DNA of 62,000 bases from Wallemia ichthyophaga EXF-994 (Eukaryota; Fungi; Basidiomycota): positions 60,001 through 122,000 of the forward strand of contig NW_008806278.1 in assembly GCF_000400465.1 (NCBI RefSeq). The letters are read 5' to 3'. Under the pieces are notes generated by a model, which was not told the DNA's origin, searched no databases, and saw only the letters and a list, made by a program, of their open reading frames with translations. Positions within the stretch are counted from its first letter, which is position 1. Every line of letters begins with the position of its first letter. Both the position numbers and the translations under genes were made by a program. This document shows positions 45,515 to 57,181 of the stretch, in pieces.

Positions 45515-46490
45515 ATGAAGCAAGTGTGGGATCAAGAGAAAAAGATATTAAAACTCAATTAGTCAACCTAAGCACCACTCTCACCTTCAATCACATCTCT
45601 CTTCTCCTCCGCGCCTTTTGTTTTTTCATCGACCAATTCCCAACACATTGGCATTGATTCACGGCAACGAAATTGCGATTTTTGGGCACGAGCTGCACGA
45701 TGTGCTTTAAATTTTCGACTCTTATCTAATATCCAATTCTATACACAGAATCAACACCTCCAAGAATCATTGTTAGCCTGGGCGTTGAAGTCGACGCTAA
45801 ATCGTCTACCAAGACAGCCCTCGGTAAGTTCTGCTACCCTTCAGACTTCCTCGGCAGCGCCAAATACATTGACAGCACCAACGAGACACACAGAGCCATT
45901 TTCGCCCTGAAAAAGCTCGATATCAACTGGCTTAGCATCTCCTTCGAAAATATGAATACAGCGCTCCTCGAGCGTAGCTCAGAGCCACGCGACCTATACA
46001 CACTTAGCATAAACACTAATTAAGTCACTGCTAAAGTATACGCCAAAGTCGACGATATCGTCGCACTTTTCAGTGGCGTGAAGGATCTGAAACATCTTGA
46101 GCTTAACTGTGAGGTTGCGGATGTATGTACCTAGCTGGCAAAAATATCAAAACAAATTGTTAGAGAGGTTAGGAATACGATGCCAATCGCTTAAATTCAT
46201 AGAGACCATCACCGATGGTGTTAAGACATCTTGGGAAATCTCGCAATTGAAAAATTACGGCAATAGATGGGCAGTGCCTAGACAGAAGAACCGCACTGAA
46301 TTCTAGCGCACTTCGAACAGTTTTAATCCATTCACAGCTCAAAAAACAACTTTGACGGACGCAGATAGGCAAGTCTTAGCGGTATACCGTCGTATTCTTC
46401 ACTAAATTCCCCGAAGCCGCTTTCACAACCTACTCGGGCTTCCCGTCTTATGATGGCATGAACAACCTGATAAACACCAATCCAATTGAT
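45515..46490 (+). CDS. Possible multi-exon hypothetical gene with LRR/RNI-like fragments
   Basis: Open protein-like segments (IFALKKLDINW.., VDDIVALFSGVKDLKHLELN, LGIRCQSLKFIE) are separated by GT-AG intron-like stretches. Exon phases could not all be reconciled. Confidence 0.35.
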
Positions 46491-46970
46491 CACTAATATA
46501 TGTCCATGTATGTATATGGAATGAACATTGGGATGCACGATGTGATGCACAGCGCAATACAAATTGAGATGAAAAATGGGATGCACAACTATATGACTTA
46601 AGTGTACGGCCCAGGTGGCAGGCCTATGTCTGAGCTCTTCCTGCTACTTCACTTTCGATCGCTTGAGGACAACATTTCAGCGACTACCTTGAGTGGGCAT
46701 AAGAGGACTACAACCTTGCCGCTTACCAGAGTGGTATGTCATTAAGCCTTATTGCATGCTCCCCTCTTTTCCCCCCCCCCCCAGCATAGTAAGAGATATC
46801 AAGCTACATCATTTCACAGGCGTAAACATCCATTTTCCTTGTATTTACAGGCTCGTTATTGGCGTTCTCGCCGCACTTTTAGTCGCTTTATTCCTGGACT
46901 ATCAACCTGATAACCTTGAATGTGTTATACATTGCTTTGCTACAAATACAGTTGTGTTATGGATTATTAT

Positions 46971-49900
46971 TCATTCACGTGTCTTGCTTCCGCTAGTTCG
47001 GCTGTGCATACGCTTCAGTGTCGCATCTAGCATCGACGACTTGTTCTTGTACTTGGCCATCACTTTCTGTCGTAGCATCTCGAGTCTGTCTTGAGCTGGT
47101 GATGCCTCTTCCGAGGATGAGGACTCAGACGCGAAAGAAGATGTTGAGGATGATGAGGTGGAAGATTTAGTCTGCACGCTGTCAGATGATAGGTCAATTG
47201 GTCCGCTGATATGGCGATTTTGAGAGTGAAAGCTTCGTCCATTACTGCTCGAGGGATTGATATTGGGTTTGCGACTGTGATCTTGCCCATTTGACTTTAC
47301 AGTCTTTCGAAAATTCTCTCCTTTTTTCAACATCCCCTGTTTTTGCTCCATTTCTCCTTTCTTTTTCCTTTCTTCAACCTCTTTTTCCATCCTCCTTAAA
47401 TTTGTATGCTCTTGCGTCTTATCTGTCTTATTATCACTGGGTAGCGCAATATATCTCTGTTTCCCCTTTTCGCGTATTTTACTATTCTTTTCACCATTTT
47501 TTTTATCTTTACGCTCTACACGAGCTACATAAGAATCTGCCTTGGTGTACGTACTTGTTTCCATCCATTGTGCAACCTTTAAGATAGGGTCAGCCCGAGC
47601 GCCGTGTCCCGTCAAATCGCTCAATGTGCTTTTGCGACGTGTAATACCAGCATTAGGGTGGGCTTGTTTGGGTTGTAAATTACTTTTAGACGATAAAGGT
47701 TGAGGAGCAGATTTCGAGAGCGGGTTTTGAGAGCTTTCTTCCTGTTCTTTGAGTAGTTGTATTTGGGGTATAGATTTAGAAGGCTTTGGTGCTGCTGATT
47801 CGTTAGTCACTTCACTCGATTTGTGAATGAGGGCGTTGTTGCTGAGAGGTGGTGATTGTTGCCTAGCCGCGGAAGTTTTAGCTATATTACTTTCATCGTC
47901 TTCCGACGTTTCATCGAAATCAATCACATGCGATAATCTACGTTGACTTTTACGTGGCATGCTTAACTGATTCAAAGGAGTAGCTTCCATCAACGTACTC
48001 TTGCGCTTCGACAGTGTTGATCTATTAGATAATTTTTCGAGTGCTTTAGATGTAGGCTGTGGCTGCGACGTTGATAATTGTCTTGGTAAAGAGCGCCTTG
48101 TTTTGGGACTACGCAGAGGTGGATTTTTATCACGAATATTCGAGAAAGAAGATAAAGGCTTGCGCTGTTCCTGCAGATTTTCCGGTGGCGCCGATGAGAC
48201 AAGGTCTTGTGTTGGCTTTCTCTCATATCCAAGTTTTTCTTGTCGCTTTGGATGATTCAATGAGTCGAAATCACTACTTTCACGGGAGAAAAACTTCGTA
48301 TCTGCCTGATTTAGTTGCTCGACGTGTTTCAGCTGTGCTTCGTGCTCCGAGTGATCGTTCTCACTTTGACTAGGACTGGACATAGGCACTAATTTCGTGC
48401 GCTTCTTTTTTTGTAAATGTTGACTGGCCGGTTTGACAGATTTGGGCTTGTGTTTGATTAAAGCAACGAGATCATCACTTAGGTTCGTCATAACGGCGTC
48501 ACTCTCGCTGTTACTCTCATTGCCCTTTCTGACCCTGCTTGTAGTCACCCGCTCGCTCCCTTCCGAAGATTCGGGTGACTGGTGATAGTACTCACTGGAG
48601 TCTTCCTGAGGAGCTGGAAGCGACTCTTTAACTTCTAAATCTTTAGTTTCAGTACCACTGATCAGTGTTTCTTCTTCTTGACTACTACTAACACCCATAT
48701 CACCCTCATCATCACCCTCTCTCCTTTGCCTCCAGTCGCGCTTGACGACGAATGGAGAGCCAAATCCAAAGAGTTTGTTTTGCGCCTGAAATCGGAAAGT
48801 GGAACCAATCGGTTGGTTCGGACCGAGTGCAATCTTTGCCTTTTGTTGATTTGTTTGTGGAGTCTGTATTTGGTTGAAGCGATTTGTTGACATTAATTTG
48901 CGATGCGATTGCAGTCTTTCATCAGGATAAGGTGTAAAGTCAATCACCGTCGAATTAATCTTCTTTGGCGTTTTGTATGTCGTAGTCTGCACGAAGTTCA
49001 CCTTCAATTCCTCAAATTTTGTCTCAGCAATGTGCTTCTTGTCTCTTAATGTCGCATAATCATACCCATCCACTGATATGAAATTATCCACCGCTTTGCG
49101 CAAAATACAGAGCTGGACTGGGAGTAAGTTATTTTCTCCAAGTACGTCAATCAGGATACGGGCACTAGAGTAAGACTTTCCGAGTAATAGGTCAAGGTTG
49201 AACATGTCAAGCGCTTCAGATAAAGAACGATTCAGGAAGGGAATACGCGAAATCTGATTGATGTACGTAACGAGAATCTCAGATAGGAAATGGTTGCTAT
49301 GGAATATTGTAAGAGCTGCCGAGCATAGATTCAAGCCTATGTAAAACCACTCGCGATATGACGGCTCTTTGATAATAAGATCGGCTGTCTCGACAGCTAG
49401 TGATAGTAACACGCTCTGTGCACTTGGCATTGAATTGTTCAAAGCAATTTCAAAGAGAGATTTTGGTATTTCAATGTCGAGCCACTTTCGCAGTTTTAAA
49501 GGTGGTATGGGTGACTGATAGCATGATTCGAAGATGGACTGTATCAGAGGAGATGTGTCCTGGATTTCTGAAGTATGGCTCTTGAAGCTACGTATGCTTT
49601 CGACTGCCCGGCAAGTTGCCAGTGCTGGCTCGTATGCGGGAATTAGTTTGATAAGCGAGCGATTAACTTGGGCACCGCCGTTGAATTTATCACACATGTT
49701 GCTGATGTAGTCAGGAGGTGGTAGCGTGGGACTTGAGAAAGCGGATAAAAGAGACTGATGGACTATGTCTTGAAATTCAAGACTGTGTGCGCGAGTTGTG
49801 GGCAGCAATGACGACACAGTTGCGTGATGATTGGAGAGAATATCACTCAAGAATAGCAAAGACAGAGCATGAGAAGGCACTAGCAGACTTGAATATGTTA

Positions 49901-50541
49901 TCTTAATTTCACGCGCGATAACAACACTCACGTTCTCAGATGGGCAGGTACGCAGCTGTAAACATAGTCAACTACCTCCATTTTGCGTGCTTCTAATTCG
50001 ATCTTGCCAAGATTACTTTGGTCACCATACTCAACGTAGCTAAGATCATAATTGATTATCGAATAGCCGACTACTTTGGCGGAGAGTTGGGTGAGTGAAG
50101 GGAAAGCATTAGTTGGCTTATTGAGCTCGAGAATGTTCACAAAAGCCATTCTGAGCGCCTGGATGTGATCCATGAGCTCTGCGAATTGATTTATCAGAAA
50201 AACGCGTGTGTTTGTCCCGATCACGACTCACGGCGGAGATTGATACCGTCGAGAGAGCCGCTTCTAGCATTGAAGAGTTTGTCAGTGGCAGCGATGTTAG
50301 GCAGAATTTTGAGACTTTTCCAATTGTTGTCGCGCTGCTTGGAAGAGTAGCTGAATCTGCTGCCATCTCTACGTGGCTCCTCGGCGCCGTTGTTGCGCTT
50401 ACTGACTAAATCCTCTAATAATTTTAGCTTTGATTTTAAATTCCTAAGCAATCTATGAATTCTTCTAAGTTGGCTGTCTTCGTCAGTCATTGAAGACTTG
50501 AGAGATACGCGCGCGCCTGGTTTCTGGCTCTTGACTTTCAT
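46971..50541 (-). CDS. Large (~1150 aa) hypothetical protein with a helical N-half and a disordered Ser/Lys-rich C-half
   Basis: ORFs 50221-50544, 49928-50224 and 46971-49931 join in frame through two GTGAGT..AG introns. Confidence 0.8.
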
Positions 50542-50547
50542 CACTGA

Positions 50548-53071
50548 ATGAGCACGCTGAACAACAGCACATCAGTGACAATAGCATCAGCGTTCAATTT
50601 GGCTATGGAGCAAAGACAGCAGCAGAATCAGAACCAGTACAGAAGACACACGAGATCGCGTTCTAAGTCTGTCATTTCCGAGGACTCGCAGCCATCCGTC
50701 AAAGAGAGCCATTTAATTCTGTCTACCCAGAACAGGCAGCCCTCCGAATCCGATCTCAGCGACAGCTACGACTATCAGCCCGAAGACCAGATCGTCAGAG
50801 ATCTCGAGCAGCGCGATCAGCAGCGCAAGAAGAAAGGTCAGTGGTTGGCTGATAAACTTCCCCAATACTCGCCCTCTGATAATTCAATCACCCCGAGCTC
50901 GAATAAGGAAAACGCTCAGACCCCTTTAGGCTCGAACAACTCCCAATCAAAGTCGTTTCAGGGGCCAGATAGTGTTTTGGGTAAGAGGGTTAGAAGGCGT
51001 TCGCGCCATTTGGATAATGATCAAGACCAAGACGACGAGGAAGAAGACTTCTACCAACCTCGTGAAGAAGACAGCGGCGACGATCACATTCTCTCAGACG
51101 AAGGCAAAGACAGATCCAAGAAATGGCCCAAGTCTCGTCTGCAATTTAAAACCGTCGTCGATGGCAAATCAAACAAAAGAAAAAAGTCGAGGAAGTCTAG
51201 AGGCTCAAATGCTTCAGATGTCGCGAGCGAAATATCTCTAGACTATAGAGAATCGAGCGCTTCGAATGACCATAAACCTTCCGAATCGCTAGACGATCAA
51301 TCTGTTTCTGTGCAGGATGATTACAGTGTAGATATTCTCCCACCAGACGACAATTTTAGCGCCCCTCCTCCTCCTCCTCCGCCAGCGCCAAAACCAACTC
51401 AGCTTCCGAAATCTTTAAAAGCGACTGAACCTCTTCGTGCCCCTGCGATGCCGCCTCCTCCACTACCAAAAGCTGCTTCACCAAAGAAGCAGCCTACTCG
51501 CAGACTAGCCTCACCTCCAAAATCTAATATACCACCACATACACCGAAGAAATCACTGCTACAAATTCTCGCGCTTACAGCTTACGTCCCTGTAGTAGCT
51601 GCTAAAATATTCGCCAAAAACATAACCAACCACAAGAAATCGGTCGGTGTACTGCTCCTAGCAGCTGCATTGATTGTGGTGTCTAGATCTAGCGATGCTT
51701 CTATATCCAACTACATACCCAGTGTCAATCTAGGCGGCTCTTCGGAACCAATCGACGTCTCAGTCAAAGACTTCCAGAAGCTGTCGAGAGGTACCCAGAA
51801 CCTGCAGCATATGATTGAGACCTTGAACAAAGATATGCAGCAGGTGAAGACGCGCGTCAAATATGGCGAGGATGCCCATGTGCAGATGCAATCGATACAA
51901 AACAAACTTGACGACATCACCAATACCCAATTAACTGAGTTGCAAGTCAGCAGGATCGTTGAGAAGCTCCTGCCTCACAGATTGCTTGTGAGAAAGTCAC
52001 CAACAGGGGAAGCAATAATCGACGATGCATTTTGGAAGGCTCTAAGGAGCGTGTTTGAAACCCAAAACACCATCTCGAATCCGAACTGGGATGAGTTCAT
52101 CCGTGAAAACTCCGATAAGCTCAAACAATGGTTATATAGCGAAGGTGGCGTGGATGAGCAGGTAGTGAATAAATTAGAGTTTATGAATTTAGTGGATGAA
52201 CGTGTCAGATCTTTTGTTAGCAACGCGTCATCCAAGAAGAGCGGTTTGAATTCATGGTTCAGGGGTGGAGGATCGATGCCATCTTCCGAAGAGCTGCAAA
52301 ACACGGTCAGCGATATTGTCGAATCCTCCTTGCGGCGCTACAGTGCAGATACCATTGGTAAAACTGATTATGCACTCTTTACAGCTGGTGCCAGAGTGAT
52401 ACCGTCTCAAACATCACCAACGTACTCAATTACGCCTGTGAGCTTTGTGAGGAAAGTGTTGGGTAAGATGCTCGGCAGTGGTACCAGAGCGTATGGTCGT
52501 CCACCTGTCACTGCTCTTCATCCAGACACCAATGTTGGAATGTGCTGGTCGTTCCATGGCTCAGCTGGAGCGATAGGTGTCAAGCTGGCAAGACCGGCTG
52601 TACCCATTTCTGGATACACAATTGACCACGCGTCTCCTTTGCTCGTTCAAGATCGCTCGTCGGCGCCACAAACAGTCGAATTGTGGGGAATATCCGATGA
52701 CCAGAATCAGATTGAGAAAATCAAGGAAATCAACGAAGAGGTTATCGAGGAAATCAGTCGGGAGTATTCTGTTAATGAAGCTGCACCAGCTGGAAACTCA
52801 GCTTTGCTTGCTGTCGACACGTACGACCTCAACAAACATCACATACAAACGTTCGAAGTTAGAAATATTGTCAAAGAAATGGACTTCCGCGCTGATGCTG
52901 TTGTTTTGAGAGTTAATGATAATCACGGTAATAAGCATCATACGTGTTTATGTGAGTGTGGTTTCTCTTCAGTAGTATCAGCGTTAATAAACTCTCGCAG
53001 ATCGCTTAAGAGTTCATTCTACTGATGACGGAAGAAGTGTATTAGACGATGATAACATCGATCAGTCGTAA
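50548..53071 (+). CDS. SUN-domain nuclear envelope protein (Sad1/UNC-84 family)
   Basis: Disordered N-terminus, TM segment, coiled coil, DYALFTAGARVIPSQTSPTY and GMCWSFHGSAG. Removing intron 52952-53000 restores HTCLYRLRVH. Confidence 0.9.
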
Positions 53072-53254
53072 CGCCACGATTGATACCAGGTACTCAATAC
53101 GGGTAGTTATGCACAAAACAAATGTACAAATGTGGGTGTTCTTTTTGCTCTTAGCTAAGTTGACGTCTTGAATAGACCAAGATAGATGTGTTAAATATTC
53201 GGCGTGGCACTTTCTCAAGTAATCTGTAAATGAATTGTTGATACATGGTTATGT

Positions 53255-55335
53255 CTATAATAATTGCGATGGTGTGAACACACTCAAGGCCATTTGTGAT
53301 TCTTGGCCATCTTTGTCGACTATCGCATCGACCGGTACATATGTCACATTAGTGGAAACGGCTGTTTGGACTTTATCATGGTGTTAACGAGTTTCTCCAA
53401 GCAATCGCATACTCACCTTTGTCGAAAGTTATGGCTGATGAATAATATAACGTGCAAGCAAGAGCTCTTTCGAGTGTCCCTTTCGAGTACCCCTCATCAA
53501 AGAACTCAAACGATTGCAGTCCATCGTGGGATTGTGCAAGGTGCTTACGAACGATACCCTCGTCTTTGTAAAAGACATCTAAGGTTTCCTCTTTTCTTGC
53601 ACTCTCATCATCGCTATCGTAATCGGTTTGCAGTTGACGATCATTGTACACAAATTGCCATTCGACAGCCGCATCTTTTGGTAATTGAGAGACCGCAACA
53701 TAAATTTGAGCAGGCTCGTGTGTTTCTATACTCAAAAAATCTTCTGAACGCTCCGATGTTGCAACGACAGCTTGGCGTAAAACGCGGCGGCAGATGTTGA
53801 TATAATCCTTTGAAGAGACATAGCAGATGACGCTCTCGGGACGCATAAGCAGTTCGCCATGAGGTATATAAGATGGCGCTTGTCCCTCTGCCACTTTTCT
53901 TGCATGCTGCAAGGAAAGTATTGCCTGTTGGACAACGCCCCCCTCTACCAAAGACAACGTTGACGGCTTGAGTGCTATTTGACCAGAAATGAAATGTCGG
54001 TTGTTGATCGATAAGCACTGGCTGTATGGTCCTATGTTTGCAGGTGCCCAGTATGATAGCCCACGTACATGGAGTGCACTTCTTGACTGGTCAGTGCTAG
54101 CCAGTATCGACATGCTGACTTTGTAGCCATCGCCTAGTGCGGTAGCCACACAAGCTCGCGCTGGTGGTCCACTACGTGTAAAGTATGCAGCGTAGGTTTT
54201 GTTTAGACTTTCAAAATCATTCATGTCGGCTATGTAAACGGATATGAAGATGACGTGCTTATCAAGTTGTAGGTTTTTAGATTGCAGATGTACGCTTGCT
54301 TGTTGCAAGATATCTCTCGTTTGCTCTGCAGTTCCAGCTGTGCTATTGGTTGGATAGAGGTTGGATAAGCTATACCACTTAGATGTCTCCTTCATTGTAG
54401 CCCTTGGTTGGACTTCTTGATCTCTTTGCCGCCGAGAATCTACAACAGGACTGCTTGTAGAAGCGTTGAGATTGCTAAGTTGTATTTCTTGTGATATATC
54501 ATCATACAACTCAGGCTGGACAAGTATTTGAAGGTCATTGCCTTCTTTTGGCTCAAGATGAGCTTTCTTGATACGCAAATATGCTACAGGTGCCGTAGGA
54601 GAAGGATCGTGATAGACAATCTCGGTCTCGTCTCTTTGCCATGTCAAGTTACCATCGTCGCCGGGAAAAGCAAACTCACAGGACGATCCTCTGCTTGTAC
54701 AAGGGGCTGTCTAGCGTGACAGTCTCAAACTCGCCACCCTCGCCGCAGACATGGGCACCGTATAGATTATGCAGCTTGTCGAGTGTTGGTCTGAGCTGTG
54801 CCAATGATTTACCCAGATGACGGTCTGGATCGAGACCAGCGCCGGCAACCTTAATTATAATCGAGGTCTGCTGAGCTGCTACCATTTCATCCAGCAGCTT
54901 ATCTTGCGGTCTCCTCCAAAGATAAGCCAGGACAGTCAAACCAAGTCTACTGCAGACGTGCTCGACGCGCACACGCTGGTAATTAGACAGAATAGCGCCA
55001 ACGCTCACACCCTGCAAATCTGCGTACTTTTCCTTGACTGATTTGAGGAGCTTGTAGAGATCTTCAGTTTCGTCATTTAGAGTCTCTTCGTAGCTGCTGG
55101 ACTGGTTGATCGGAGTGCCCTTAATAACACCCTCAAAGAGCTCTACGCCGAGAGACTGCGCTATAAGCGGCAGAATAGACAATCCAACTGTTTGGAACAT
55201 GTAGCTGTCCATCTCCTCATACGCGTCGCCATTCTTCAAGTTTGCGACTGCGACGAGATGATGGCTGTTCTGCTGACAGTGCAGGAGATTAAAAATTGAG
55301 TCCTTACCACCTGAAATAAGCCCGACGTATTTCAT
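53255..55335 (-). CDS. DPH6: Diphthine-ammonia ligase with C-terminal RidA/YjgF-like domains
   Basis: MKYVGLISGGKDS, GAILSNYQRVRVEHVC, HVCGEGGEFET and SYWAPANIGPYSQ. Two introns. Confidence 0.93.
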
Positions 55336-55350
55336 TCTCTGATCGACGCA

Positions 55351-57090
55351 ATGAGAACGTTTACTCGAAAAGCAATCGCACAGCATATTTTACAAGGTCA
55401 AATTCTGGTGATATTCGATAACAAGGTGCTGCGTTTGAACAGCTGGCTCGATACACACCCCGGCGGTGATCTCGCCATCCTCCACTTTGTCGGCAGGGAC
55501 GCTACCGATGAAATCTCAGCTTATCATGATGACAATACGATAAATACCCTTCTGCCGAGATTTATTGTGGGTGAAGTGGATAAAAGGGATACTGAGCCAT
55601 TTTACCCGCTCACTCCGCCAGTTCAGCTTGGCTGGAGATGCGATAAAGTCGAAGGCGATACCACGCAGGCTTTCGATAAATTTAAGCATGCTGAAGTGGA
55701 CAACGACCGCGTCGCAGTTACGCCCAGCCTCCCAAAATCTAAGTTTGCTTCTATTCCGCTCACAGTCCAAGAGCTGGAGCCACCAAGACCGTCAGACCCT
55801 AATCTGGATGCCCGGAGGCAGCACGAGATCTCTCGGCGCTACCACAAGCTCCACGATCAAGTCAAACGTCGCGGCTTATACACAATACAGCCCGACGCTT
55901 ATCTGTACGAGTGCATACGATATGCCTCTCTCTTGGTGATCTTTGCATGGCTGTACTTCAAGATGGACTGCAAGGTCCTATCAGCGATACCCTTAGGAGT
56001 CTTCTGGCACCAGATCACGTTTGTTGTCCATGATGCCGGTCATTGCGAGATATGGGGATCACAGAAAACGGACAAAACTCTGGCGTGCTTTATAGCTTCG
56101 TATATTGGAGGACTGAGCGCGAATTGGTGGTGTGATGTGAGTATTTTGAACCTTATCGGGATTTAATTAACTTAGATAATCAGAATCACGACATTCATCA
56201 CAGTGAGTTGAGTTGGATTGGTGGCTGACATGCTCACAAACAATCGCAGTCGTTACGAACCATCCCGAACACGACCCTGATATTCAGCACATACCATTCT
56301 TTGCTATCTCAACCAAGTTTTTCAACTCAATGTGGAGCACGTACTACAGGCGAGTGATGGAGTTTGATGCATTCGCCAAGCTGGTTTTACCAATTCAGTG
56401 GGTTACAATATCCTATTGATTCTCCTCTAACAACAGCTCAGACACAACCTATACTATATTGTCATGTCAGTAGCACGCTTCAATCTTTTTGCCTTGTCGT
56501 ACGCCTACCTTCTAACCAAGTCTCGAAACGACTGGTATAGAAATTTCGAGATCGTTGGCGTCAGTGTGTTCTGGACTTGGTATGGAGGTCTCATCAGTCA
56601 CATACCCTCACATTGGGGAAAAATTGGCTTCTTGTTATTGAGCAATATTGCTGCATCACCGGTACACGTCCAGGTGAGTATCTACTTTCAATCTCGATCC
56701 AGCTAAAACTCGCTACAGATTGTGTTGTCACACTTCGCGAGATCGACGGATGACCTCGGATTGACAGAATCGTTCCCACATAGACAATTGCGTACTACAA
56801 TGGACGTTGCGTGTCCTTGGTATCTGGACTTTTTGCATGGAGGACTACACATGCAAGTCTCACACCATCTTTTCCCCCGCATACCGCGCCACAACCTCCG
56901 TGCAGCGCGCGATATGGTAGCGAAGTTTGCGTCTGAAAATGATTTAGAGTACGCAGAGTATGGATTTGTTGCCGGCAATGGACAGGTGCTTGATGTACTT
57001 CGAAATGTCGGCGAACAAGTAAAATTCATGTCTAAAGTGGCAGCGAGCGAGGCGTCACGAAAAGAACACCACACTTCAATTGTACAGTAA
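55351..57090 (+). CDS. SLD1: Cytochrome b5-fused front-end desaturase, probably delta-8 sphingolipid desaturase
   Basis: b5 motif HPGG and His boxes HDAGH, HDIHH (microexon 56184-56202) and QVSHH; also TNHPEHDPDIQH. Four introns. Confidence 0.88.
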
Positions 57091-57181
57091 TTTAGATTAA
57101 TTTAGACGGATTTTAAGATATAATTCGCGTTATCCTCCTTGGACATTGACTTTGAGCGCGTCTACACGCAGATAAGAGATA

